NCBI GenBank assembly: GCA_012862495.1
Contig: BLSG01000157.1
Location: 41,514 to 105,513 of the forward strand
Reading direction: 5' to 3'
Origin: Thraustochytrium aureum
Lineage: Eukaryota
DNA length: 64,000 nt
The notes beneath the pieces are model-generated. The model saw only the letters and a list, made by a program, of their open reading frames with translations, searched no databases and was not told the DNA's origin. Both the position numbers and the translations under genes were made by a program. Shown here piece after piece: positions 25,289-35,055 of the stretch. The stretch's first letter is position 1. Every line of letters begins with the position of its first letter.

Positions 25289-26755
25289 CTATGCCTCGTC
25301 CCCCGACAAGTCCACTTCAGACATCGAGGGGGCAGGGCGCCGCCCTGCAGGGCCAGGCGCAGTAGACGCGTTGATGTTGCCGCAAATCTTCATCAGTTCG
25401 CTCTCTGGCAGCGCGTGCGGCCAGTTCTTTGGCTTTGAGACCGACTGGCGACGGTAGCCCTGCTCGGTGATCTGGTGGTTCTGATAGAACAGCACGTATG
25501 CGCTCTTGGAGGGCACCTTGTCCTCGGGGATGCGCCGGCAGGTCGCGTCGTCAAAGCAAAACCAGTTGCCCGACATGCGGTTCTTGGCCACAGCGGTGTA
25601 ATGGCCGCCGGAGGAGGAACCCATGTGGCGCGACACCGCGTACAGGTCGTAGTGGGGCAGGTTGCGCTGCTTGCCAGAGGCAAATTGCTCGAAAGAAAAG
25701 TCGTCCAGGGGGAAGCTCACATCGGCGTCGATCTTGCTCCCTCGGGTGCCAAACCTGAAGCGCTTGAGGTGGACGATGAGGATTGGCGGCAGCTTCCAGA
25801 GATCAAACTTTTTCGTGGCCTCGACGTGGTCCTTGCACTTTGGGCAAAACCATGCCTCGTCGCCCCGAAGCTTTTCGGGCTGCAAAAACGCCTCGAGCAT
25901 CGACTCGAGGCTTACCGGCCCCTTGCTCGCTCCCTGCGGAAATGGCAGGGAGAGGTACATGAAGGGGTCGAAGGTGACGCTCACAAACTCGCACTCTGGG
26001 CAGGTCAGCGTCGACTTGAGCTGGCCCTGCAACAGGTCGACGACGATCGACTTGTTACGAAGCAGGTGGTTCTTCCACTGCTCGGCTGCGACCACCTCGT
26101 CTTTGCGCCCATTCGCGTCGGGCACCTCTATGTAGGGCTTGCGCTCCACGCGGTTCAGGTCCTCGTGCAAACCGTCCAGGAGGTAGACCAAGAGCTCCTG
26201 GCAGTCGTGCTGCGAGTAGCCCGAGAACTGGCGCGCAAAGCTAGACACGGTCAGCTTGAAGCAGCGCGGGGCGATCGCCTTGCCCGGGCCCTCCCACAGC
26301 TCGCGCAACAGCGCTGCGTACTCTTGGGCCAGCTTGCCCCCCGTGCCGAGAACGCCGGTGGTGTTGAGGTCGTTTTTCCACATGTCGCTGCCGAGGAAAT
26401 AGTCGGTCAGCGGCGCCGTGTGGGAGAGGCACTGCAGCGCAGAGTTCATGAAGCATGTGTTGCCGAGGTTTTTCAGCCCTGTCACGCCGGGCTCGGCAGC
26501 CCCAAACAGCGACTCCTTCCGCAGCCGTACAAACTCGGTCGACCCTCGCACCTGGCGCTCCCAGTCCGGCGACCGCCGTTTCTGCTCGCTGGCCGACTTG
26601 GACGACTCGGTCGCGTCCGAGGAGGCGCTGCCGCTAGACGAGGTCGACGCTTTCTTCTTCGCGCGCCTTGGCTGGGCAGGGCCTCCGCCGCCCGACTCTC
26701 CGCTCGACCTTCGCCGAAAGTTTCTCACCTTGAGGTCGCTCGCGGTGATCCCCAT
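25289..26755 (-). CDS. Ubiquitin-specific protease (peptidase C19, USP2/8/15-like catalytic domain)
   Basis: Cys box GLKNLGNTCFMNSALQCL, QHDCQELLVYLLDGLHEDLNRV, and His box YDLYAVSRHMGSSSGGHYTA. First ATG gives MGITAS. Confidence 0.95.
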   Translation of the reverse strand: MGITASDLKVRNFRRRSSGESGGGGPAQPRRAKKKASTSSSGSASSDATESSKSASEQKRRSPDWERQVRGSTEFVRLRKESLFGAAEPGVTGLKNLGNTCFMNSALQCLSHTAPLTDYFLGSDMWKNDLNTTGVLGTGGKLAQEYAALLRELWEGPGKAIAPRCFKLTVSSFARQFSGYSQHDCQELLVYLLDGLHEDLNRVERKPYIEVPDANGRKDEVVAAEQWKNHLLRNKSIVVDLLQGQLKSTLTCPECEFVSVTFDPFMYLSLPFPQGASKGPVSLESMLEAFLQPEKLRGDEAWFCPKCKDHVEATKKFDLWKLPPILIVHLKRFRFGTRGSKIDADVSFPLDDFSFEQFASGKQRNLPHYDLYAVSRHMGSSSGGHYTAVAKNRMSGNWFCFDDATCRRIPEDKVPSKSAYVLFYQNHQITEQGYRRQSVSKPKNWPHALPESELMKICGNINASTAPGPAGRRPAPSMSEVDLSGDEA

Positions 26756-26927
26756 CGCGCCAGCCGCGTTCCGCCGTCCCCAGACCTCCCCGAGCGGCGC
26801 CTCGCCAAGCCAGTCCGGCAGCGCGCGTTTCTTCCCCACTTACGAGGCAGTCTGGCAGCCCTGTGCAGCGCCAAGAGTCTCGCGTCTCGCGTCTCGCGCC
26901 GCAGGTGGCGCCCAGGTAGCGCCGCCG

Positions 26928-26965
26928 CAGCAGCAGCAGCAGCAGCAGAGCAGCAGCAGCAGCAG
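26928..26965. repeat. (CAG)n trinucleotide repeat
   Basis: Interrupted CAG run upstream of the USP gene. Confidence 0.85.
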
Positions 26966-27761
26966 CGCGCTCCACCAGGGCCAGGCGCGCGAGAGCCGAG
27001 CCGGGCGCGCCGCGCCTTCCTCTCCCGACGCGCTCTCGAGAGGCCTCGCGGCTGCGTCGCGCCGACTTCGATTCTGCTCGCTTGCTTGCTCGCTTACTTG
27101 CTCGCTTGTCCTGCTTGTCTTTCTTGCCTTTGCGTGCCTCCCTGCGTGCCTCGCTTCCTCTTGTTCTTCCTCAGGGCCTTCTCGCCGCGCTCTCACGCGC
27201 CTGCTCGCAGATCGCGATTTGTACCTGACTGGCCTTCTCAGCACAAACGAGGAAAAGCCCCAAACAAGTTGAAAAAGCAATTTTAAAAATAAATTAAACG
27301 GAACCCGCCCCCCTCGCACGCTGGTTGTACTCAGCGGTCGCCCCTCCTACGCGCCCCGACCGTGCGAACGAACTCTTGAGGGAGGGAGTCTCTCGCAAGA
27401 GCTACTCTTGAGTGGGAAAGGCTCACACACCGCGGCGGTGGGACACCGGTGCCTCTGGGAAGCGTGTGAGGGGGGGACGGCTGTGTGGAGTGGGCGGGTG
27501 GGCGACGCTCACACGCTTGCTGGCCGTTTCGCTGGTTTTTGTGGCGCTCTGCCAGTGCATTGGCAATTTGGCAACTCGAAGCCGAAACGCAAGACAAAAG
27601 CCAAAACGAAAAACAAGAACGAAAGTGGGGTGAGAGCTGCAGGCCGCGCAGAAGGTCTGACGAGGGGTGGCTGGCTCGGCGGCCAAGTGCGGCGCGTGCC
27701 GATTTTCGCCCCGTTCATTCATCCCATCCACCCGCTCCTCCACTCTTTCATTCGTAGAGTA

Positions 27762-27789
27762 ATTCATTCATTCATTCATTCATTCATTC
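27762..27789. repeat. (ATTC)n microsatellite
   Basis: About seven tandem ATTC units. Confidence 0.9.
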
Positions 27790-27915
27790 CTTCATTCTCC
27801 TTAAACCAATTCCTCGTAATTAAGGCGGCGCCGGTGGAGTTTTGTTGGTCCAGATGGCGCTTGGCATTGCCGGAGGCGCGCCGCGCAGGTGGTGGGGCGC
27901 ACTTGAGCGGTCCTG

Positions 27916-28908
27916 ATGGGGCGGAAACGGGGGCGAAGCGGCGCGGTGAAGACCGTGCCGTTGGCTGGCTGGCGGCCGCTGACGTCGATGCGCGAGGCCC
28001 GAAAAGTGACCTCGCAGTTTCACAGTGTGACGAAGGCGCTGGAGGAGGCGCTCAGCGGCGGCGAACGGGGACGCGCGAGCCAGCTCGAAAAGGNGNNNNN
28101 NNNNNNNNNNNNNNNNNNNNNNNNNNNNNNNNNNNNNNNNNNNNNNNNNNNNNNNNNNNNNNNNNNNNNNNNNNNNNNNNNNNNNNNNNNNNNNNNNNNN
28201 NNNNNNNNNNNNNNNNNNNNNNNNNNNNNNNNNNNNNNNNNNNNNNNNNNNNNNNNNNCCTGCCCGTTTCTGGCGGTGCGGGCGATTGATCTCAAGGCGC
28301 GACATCCTCGCATCGAAGAGCTCGACTTTTTCAAGCTCGACTGCCCCCCGCAAGCGCCCTTTGACGTGATTTCGAACGCAATGGTCGTCAACTGCGTCCC
28401 GACGCCAGCCCAACGCGGCGAGATGCTTGTGCGATGTGCGCGCATGCTCCGCCTCGGCGGGCTGCTCTCCTTTGTTGTGCCCAACCGGTGCATTGCCGAT
28501 ATCTCGGAACGGCGGCTAAGTGGCATCTTCGCGGCGCTCGGCCTGGCAATCAAAGCTCGCTCCGATAGCCCCAAGATATCGTTCTGGGCCTGCCTTAAGA
28601 CCGAGTCTTGCTGGCACAAGTGCGGCGGGGATCTCCGCTCGACGGAGCAGGTCCTTGATGCGCTTTGTGCGGGCACCCGCAGATCTTCGGCTGGCCTGTT
28701 CCAAGTCGACTTCTCCGCAGGCGCGCTGGATCGCTTGTGTTCGTGCCGCGCTGAAGCGAGTGATTCGCCCGAGCGAGATAGGGTCGAGGAGCGCGGCGGG
28801 GTCGAGGAGCGCGGCGGGGATGGGACGGGAGACCCGGAGGCGAAGCGAGACAGGTCCGAGGTAAACCTGAAAGCGCGATCAGGCAAGCGGCGCAGGACCA
28901 TGGTCTAG
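27916..28908 (+). CDS. BMT2: BMT2-like 25S rRNA adenine-N1 methyltransferase; internal gap
   Basis: Contains ARKVTSQFH, VRAIDL..HPRIEELDFF and FDVISNAMVVNCVPTPAQRGEML..LRLGGLLSFVVP, typical of the Bmt2 family. Confidence 0.82.
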   Translation: MGRKRGRSGAVKTVPLAGWRPLTSMREARKVTSQFHSVTKALEEALSGGERGRASQLEKXXXXXXXXXXXXXXXXXXXXXXXXXXXXXXXXXXXXXXXXXXXXXXXXXXXXXXXXCPFLAVRAIDLKARHPRIEELDFFKLDCPPQAPFDVISNAMVVNCVPTPAQRGEMLVRCARMLRLGGLLSFVVPNRCIADISERRLSGIFAALGLAIKARSDSPKISFWACLKTESCWHKCGGDLRSTEQVLDALCAGTRRSSAGLFQVDFSAGALDRLCSCRAEASDSPERDRVEERGGVEERGGDGTGDPEAKRDRSEVNLKARSGKRRRTMV

Positions 28909-29158
28909 CGCGCCTTTTCTCAAAGTGATCCCCAGCCCCGGACGTTTGTGGCAGCAGTGAAGCCGAGGACGGAAAGCACATCGAGGTCCGCCCGAGGAAC
29001 GCGCTGTGCTCGAGGACTGAACACACGTACAAGAATGCGTCGGCCCCCGCCGCAGAAACCAACTCTGGCTTTCTCTCAGATCGGCTACCAAACAAGCTGC
29101 CGCTGCCTGTGTTGCCGCATCCGTTTGATCACGCGGCCGCGCGGCTTTGCCGCACATA

Positions 29159-31123
29159 TCAGTAATGGTCGCCCCTTCCGTGAAAGTGGAAAGGCTCTCG
29201 AGGGACCAGCCCCATGACCTCCTCGGCAGCACGCTCGAACGTCTGCTGCTTGACTTTGACTCGATGGAGCAGCTTGCTCTTCCACTCATCAATGTTCCGG
29301 CTGAAGTGCATGTGGCTCATTTCAAAGAGCGCCGAAACGAGGCGCGACATGGCGACCACGTAGCCGATCGGCTCGGGGATATCTCCTGCAATGTAGGATG
29401 CGCACAGTTTAGAGTCGCCTCTGATCGCAAGACCGTAGCGCTTCATTGCCGCAGAGAGCGCCTCGCGTCGCGCCTCGGGAGAGGAGCGGCTTTGCTCCAC
29501 AATTCGACGCACCGCGTTTTCCTTGCCAAAGATCGGGTGGAGTGGGAGGAGCTTTGCCTCCTCTAGCACTCCTGTGAGGAAGCCTTTTGAAACAGTCGTC
29601 CACCAGTGCGGCCCAACCTCCTCCGCGACGCGGCGCCCAATCTCGGTAACCACGGCCGCCGGGTTGACGAAGTGGTCTTGCAGCGCGGCAAACGGCTCCT
29701 CCGGGTATGCCTTGCGGAGCGAGGCCAGCTCGTTGGAATTGGCAAAGCAACTTATCACTGAGTTGATGATCTGCGGCTGGCAGAGGGTGTGGCGTGCCAC
29801 GTCGCTTAGCCGGACGAGGCGTTGCAGGTGTTGCTGGATGCTCGCTGGAGCTCCCGTGACAAGCGTTTTGGTTTGCGCGGGAGTCAGGGAAGCAATGCTG
29901 CAGACAACGCTCCTTTTCCAGAACCTCGGCGCAAGGAGCGCCTGTGCAAGGACTGCAGCTTTCGCTCGCTTCACGACCGTGGTGATGCCCAGCTTTGGCT
30001 TGACGGCATCCAAGTTGAAAAAGTCCCCGAACACGTAGTCCGCCAATACTGGTGACACGGCGCTGTGCCGCACGCCACGCTTCTCCAGCTTTGAAACGCG
30101 CTCAGCCAGCCGCGCCTTCGCATCCGCGGCATGCTTGTCTGCGCGCACCTTGATTTTGGCGTCGTGCACGTCCACGATCTCACTTACCAAATAGAGCCGC
30201 ATCGGCGCGGCACTTCGGTAGTGGGGGTTACAAGCCAATTTGCAGTCCATCGTCTTGAGATCTGCTTCGGTCACACAAAAGATGCTCTTCGCTTTTGTGG
30301 CCGTGATTCGTTTTTCCTCATCAGTGTCGACTTCTTCGGTTTCGCACAGGGTGGCTCCTGAAACCATGTCCTCATCTTTCCGGGTCGGGGTTGTCCCAGG
30401 CAAGAAGAACTCTGTCGTGCCGGCGCCGATGGGGTTTTTCCCGAGCGCTTCCGCAACGCTTTTCCACTTTTCGCCAGCCGCAAGCGCAGTCCTCAGTTGC
30501 TCGCCAATCACCTCCATCACAGCCCCAGAGTCGTTCTTGCTGGTGCTGCTGGTCGCCATGGAATGTGCGGCCTCAACCTTGGAGAGCGTTTCAGCAGGTC
30601 GTTTCGCCGCTCTGGAAGCGACGGCCCCTCCTCCCGCGCTGACGGCCCCTCCTGCCGCGCTGACGGCCTTTCGCTTTCGCTGCTGCTCGGTCGCTGGCTT
30701 AACAGCCTTGGCGCCTGTGTCTGTGCTGCATTTGGCCTCGAGAGTTGCTGCTGTCGAGGCAGCAGGCAGCTCGCCGCTCTTGTCAGCGACATGCTCTACC
30801 TTCGCAACGCCAACTCCTGCATCTTGGCTGCTTTGGGCAGATGAGGCTGGTTTTTGATTGCGCGCCGCGACACCTCCAGAACGCGGCGTTCGCTGCCGCT
30901 TGGCCGCAGGCGTGCCGGCACCGCTGCCAGCGTCCGCGCTGCCTCCCGCCTTTCCTCGGACCGCCTTCGGCCTGGCAGGTCGCTTTCGGCCGCTCTCCGC
31001 GACCTGGCCGCGCGCTTCGCCGGCCTCCTCCCGCGCTTGCTGCGGGTCGGCAGTCCCGCCGCCGTCCACCTCCTGGCCGGCGGCGCCACTCCGGCGCGTT
31101 TGCGAGCGTAGCACGCGGGGCAT
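29159..31123 (-). CDS. Hypothetical nuclear protein with an XPA C-terminal-like DNA-binding motif and an 'R-x-DSKLC' C-terminal domain
   Basis: Intact 654-codon ORF from MPRVLRSQ with basic NLS-like patches (AKRQR, RKRK). Contains ITATKAKSIFCVTEADL..NPHYRSAAPMRLYL and RREALSAAMKRYGLAIRGDSKLCASYIAG. Confidence 0.75.
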   Translation of the reverse strand: MPRVLRSQTRRSGAAGQEVDGGGTADPQQAREEAGEARGQVAESGRKRPARPKAVRGKAGGSADAGSGAGTPAAKRQRTPRSGGVAARNQKPASSAQSSQDAGVGVAKVEHVADKSGELPAASTAATLEAKCSTDTGAKAVKPATEQQRKRKAVSAAGGAVSAGGGAVASRAAKRPAETLSKVEAAHSMATSSTSKNDSGAVMEVIGEQLRTALAAGEKWKSVAEALGKNPIGAGTTEFFLPGTTPTRKDEDMVSGATLCETEEVDTDEEKRITATKAKSIFCVTEADLKTMDCKLACNPHYRSAAPMRLYLVSEIVDVHDAKIKVRADKHAADAKARLAERVSKLEKRGVRHSAVSPVLADYVFGDFFNLDAVKPKLGITTVVKRAKAAVLAQALLAPRFWKRSVVCSIASLTPAQTKTLVTGAPASIQQHLQRLVRLSDVARHTLCQPQIINSVISCFANSNELASLRKAYPEEPFAALQDHFVNPAAVVTEIGRRVAEEVGPHWWTTVSKGFLTGVLEEAKLLPLHPIFGKENAVRRIVEQSRSSPEARREALSAAMKRYGLAIRGDSKLCASYIAGDIPEPIGYVVAMSRLVSALFEMSHMHFSRNIDEWKSKLLHRVKVKQQTFERAAEEVMGLVPREPFHFHGRGDHY

Positions 31124-31340
31124 CGTCTGTGTGCCAACGCGCAATCCACCAGAGCCACCCTCTCCGACTTCACACGTGGCCGACCGCGCAGCTGCGCTCC
31201 AGATCGATGAAGAGAACCTGCGGAAGTAGCGTACCGGTACCTACTGGATGCGCGCCGAGACCGTCGTCAGACACTGCGATGCGCGCTGCCCGCCCCCTGT
31301 TCCTCCGCCCCGCAAGAAATCTGTACCCCCTTGTTTTTTT

Positions 31341-31660
31341 ACCCTCGATGAATCCTGGAAACGCTGGACCATCCCTGAGCACTCGTTCAGTGCTTCGCAA
31401 CCCTCGGTGAGTCCTGGAAACGCTGGATCATTCTTTCTCGAAGATTGCTCAATCAAAAGTCGTTCTTTTTTTCCAACCCTCGATGAATCCTGGAAAATTT
31501 TGATCCTTCCCGAGGATTGCACGAGCACTCGTTCGTTCCCCTATCTTTCCCAACCCTCGATGAATCCTGGAAACGCCCGATCGTTCTTTCTCGAGGATTG
31601 CTCGAGCACTCGTTCTTGGCCTAGTTGTGCTTCTCAACCCTCGATGAATCCTGGATACGG
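31341..31660. repeat. Array of five degenerate repeats with conserved core ACCCTCGATGAATCCTGGAAA
   Basis: Cores start at 31341, 31400, 31476, 31553 and 31637 (spacing 59, 76, 77, 84). Inter-core segments partly share GAGGATTGC and GAGCACTCGTTC. Confidence 0.92.
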
Positions 31661-31991
31661 ATCCAGCCCCAGCTCCCATCCATCCCCATCCATCCAAGCA
31701 TCTCTTCTTTAAAACACCGCTCTGTTGTTGTTGTTGTTGTTGATGTCGACCCTGCCGCGTCCTGCCATCGCTCGTCAGTGATCCAACGCTCGGCAGTCAC
31801 CCAACACCAGACCAACGTGGAACAACAAGCGTCGTGGGCGGCAGAGCGATCGATCTCTTGCTGTCAACGACGACGGGTAGCTCACGTGACTCCAACGCTG
31901 CCCGGCGCTCGACCAAACAAACTAGAGCTTGCACAGTGCGTAGCAGAGCAGCCCCCAAGCCCGACGAGCGCCAAGCAAGGTGCGAAACAAG

Positions 31992-32787
31992 ATGGTCAAC
32001 GCCTTTTCGGTTTGGGTCCTGTCGGTCGTTGCACTCCAAGGTGCAAACGAGGCTTTGGCTGTTGTCCAAGCCGCGGACGGCGCCCTGAGCACCGCAGCGG
32101 GAGCCAAAGGTGGCGCGGGACTGCGAGCCACTGTTGTCGGCAGCCTCGAGCAAAATCTCGATGCGAAGGCTCTGGCAGTGGGAGATGGGTGCACGTTCGG
32201 TTTCCAATGCGGCAGCAACGAGTTTTGCTACAAAGGGAAACCCGTTGTTGGGCGTCTGCAGGAAGAAAAGCGGTGACGGCGAGGAATGCAACGTCAACAA
32301 ATCCAACCTTGAAAAGACAATCGAGTGCGCGGACGGGTTGAGGTGCGTTGATGACGGGTTCTTCGACCACGGCATCTGCAAACCTCGCCTGATTGAAATT
32401 GGCCAGTCGTGTCACGAAGACGTCCAGTGCAAATCGGGCGAATGCGCACGCAACGAGCCTGGAGGCGGCTTGGTGTGCTGCTCAGGCTCGTCGTATCTCT
32501 ATTGGGGGTACTACTACTGCCAAGGCAGACCTGCCGGAAACAAGTGCTTCTCTGACTCGGCATGCGAGTCGAACAACTGCCAAAGCGGCGTCTGCGCTGG
32601 TGCCGCCAAAACCGGATCGTGGGGGGCCTGTAGCAGCAACTCCGATTGCGCGTCGGGGGATTGCTCTCGAACGGAGCGGAATGGAAACTTCAAGTGCTGT
32701 CCAAGCGGATCGTACTACTGCTACGGCTGGACCTCGGGGAACTGCAAGTCTGCGTTCTACTACTGCCGTGGCACGCTGGGTCACTAG
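31992..32787 (+). CDS. Secreted cysteine-rich repeat protein; frameshift near 32237
   Basis: Signal-peptide-like MVNAFSVWVLSVVALQGA, then repeated G-x2-C-x5-C-x3/4-C modules (GQSCHEDVQCKSGEC, GNKCFSDSACESNNC, GACSSNSDCASGDC). Confidence 0.8.
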
Positions 32788-34081
32788 CTCTAGAGGGATC
32801 TGAATCCTGGTTTTGCTCTACTACCTTCCACGCCACGGGAGACCTGACAAGAGCTTTTCCCTTTCCTNNNNNNNNNNNNNNNNNNNNNNNNNNNNNNNNN
32901 NNNNNNNNNNNNNNNNNNNNNNNNNNNNNNNNNNNNNNNNNNNNNNNNNNNNNNNNNNNNNNNNNNNNNNNNNNNNNNNNNNNNNNNNNNNNNNNNNNNN
33001 NNNNNNNNNNNNNNNNNNNNNNNNNNNNNNNNNNNNNNNNNNNNNNNNNNNNNNNNNNNNNNNNNNNNNNNNNNNNNNNNNNNNNNNNNNNNNNNNNNNN
33101 NNNNNNNNNNNNNNNNNNNNNNNNNNNNNNNNNNNNNNNNNNNNNNNNNNNNNNNNNNNNNNNNNNNNNNNNNNNNNNNNNNNNNNNNNNNNNNNNNNNN
33201 NNNNNNNNNNNNNNNNNNNNNNNNNNNNNNNNNNNNNNNNNNNNNNNNNNNNNNNNNNNNNNNNNNNNNNNNNNNNNNNNNNNNNNNNNNNNNNNNNNNN
33301 NNNNNNNNNNNNNNNNNNNNNNNNNNNNNNNNNNNNNNNNNNNNNNNNNNNNNNNNNNNNNNNNNNNNNNNNNNNNNNNNNNNNNNNNNNNNNNNNNNNN
33401 NNNNNNNNNNNNNNNNNNNNNNNNNNNNNNNNNNNNNNNNNNNNNNNNNNNNNNNNNNNNNNNNNNNNNNNNNNNNNNNNNNNNNNNNNNNNNNNNNNNN
33501 NNNNNNNNNNNNNNNNNNNNNNNNNNNNNNNNNNNNNNNNNNNNNNNNNNNNNNNNNNNNNNNNNNNNNNNNNNNNNNNNNNNNNNNNNNNNNNNNNNNN
33601 NNNNNNNNNNNNNNNNNNNNNNNNNNNNNNNNNNNNNNNNNNNNNNNNNNNNNNNNNNNNNNNNNNNNNNNNNNNNNNNNNNNNNNNNNNNNNNNNNNNN
33701 NNNNNNNNNNNNNNNNNNNNNNNNNNNNNCGTTTGGGCGGTAGCTGTGGGGGTCGAGGCGGCCGACGCTGCTGAACAGGCCGCTTTGAGCGCCTGGAGCA
33801 ATAGTGACACACGCAGCCGCGGGAGCTCCCGCGGGAACGCCGAGCCTCGGGCAACGACAGTCGTGTTGAGTCGCAAGCCTCATCGCCGTGGTACCGCGGG
33901 AGCTTTCGCAGGAGCGCCGAGCCTCGGGCAATCGCTCCAACTTGCCGCAGGCGCCAGGTAAGGAAGCAGCAAACAAACGAAAATCGCATTTGACTTGACG
34001 GAGCGAAGCAAACACCCAATCCGGCTGGAATTCCAGACTGCATCAAGCTAGCGAGCGCAGCGCGAACGGCCTGGGCGCCGC

Positions 34082-34849
34082 ATGCTAGCAGCACGTCGTG
34101 TCGCGAATAGAGCAAGCGCACGCGCTCTGAGCGCAAGGAAGATGACGTCCTGGCAGGTCAAGTCAACCCGTGAGATGGACTGGGCGGTGTCGCCGTCGCC
34201 CTCCGTCGTGCGAAAGCGGCTCGAGCTGGTCGGGCCGCAAGAAGCGGGCCGCGTCACGTCCGTCGTGCGGTACATGCCGGACAGCGAGTTTCCGCGGCAC
34301 GAGCACCCGGACGGGGAGGAAATTCTGGTCCTGGACGGCGTCTTCTCGGACGAGTCGGGCGACTACCCGAAGGGCACCTACATCCTCAACCCGCAAGGCT
34401 TTGCTCACGCCCCGCGCTCCAAGGGCGGATGCGACCTCTTGGTTAAGCTCAAGCAGTTTCCGGGCCTCGCACGCCGCCAGGTCCGAGTGTACTCGAGCGA
34501 CCCGGCAAATTGGTCAGAGGTGCGCCCAGGCGTTGCTGTTTGCAGCCTGTATGAGCCGTTGCCCGGCGAGCTCGACCAGGAATCGATGTCTCTTGTTCGC
34601 TTGGCGGGTCCATCGGCCCAGTTTGAGATCCCGCCGCAAGAGGCTGGCTTGGAGCTCTTCGTTACTGAGGGCACGCTCGAGGTCGCAGGAGCGCTGCCTG
34701 AAGGTAGCGGACCCGATGGGCAAACGGGCCTTGAGGCGGGCACGTGGCTCAAGGCCGACTCGACAGCTACGCCAACGGTGCTGTCGACAAGAGCTGAGGG
34801 AGGGGCGGCATTCTATTTCAAACGCAACCACCTTGCCGCAGCGCTTTAG
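34082..34849 (+). CDS. ChrR-like double-cupin (Cupin_7) protein
   Basis: W..SP..V.RKRLE, TSVVRY.P.S.FP.HEHPDGEEILVLDGVFSDESGDYPKGTY and H.PRSKGGC.LLVKLKQF, then a degenerate second cupin ending YFKRNHL. Confidence 0.9.
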   Translation: MLAARRVANRASARALSARKMTSWQVKSTREMDWAVSPSPSVVRKRLELVGPQEAGRVTSVVRYMPDSEFPRHEHPDGEEILVLDGVFSDESGDYPKGTYILNPQGFAHAPRSKGGCDLLVKLKQFPGLARRQVRVYSSDPANWSEVRPGVAVCSLYEPLPGELDQESMSLVRLAGPSAQFEIPPQEAGLELFVTEGTLEVAGALPEGSGPDGQTGLEAGTWLKADSTATPTVLSTRAEGGAAFYFKRNHLAAAL

Positions 34850-35055
34850 TCGGCACGAGTGCAAGCAAGAGCTCGCGCTCTCCTCCGTAAAGCAGTTTTG
34901 CCGGTGAAGGAGCAGAGACTGAGCAAGCGCGGGCGTGCAGGCCCGGCGACCGAGCGACGAAGCGTCTCCAGCTCTCAGAATGGCAACTGGAGCTTCCTAC
35001 GACCGAGCTAGCACATACAAAAAAAACAAGCGCCGTCGATGCAATTTAAAACAAG

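Noticed and set aside
28783..28818. 18-nt tandem duplication in the BMT2 tail, and a similar one at about 30620-30670
   Set aside because: Ordinary in-frame slippage in disordered regions.
29159..31123. True XPA/Rad14 ortholog or Fanzor/TnpB nuclease
   Set aside because: It lacks the XPA C4 zinc finger, and I see no RuvC catalytic motifs or CxxC zinc ribbon.
31341..31660. CRISPR array
   Set aside because: Inter-repeat segments are homologous to each other and uneven in length, there are no cas genes, and the context is eukaryotic.
31341..31660. Tandem hammerhead ribozymes (GATGA..GAAAC resemblance)
   Set aside because: The core reads TCGATGA rather than CTGATGA, the six bases before GAAA cannot form stem II, and no stem I partner is present.
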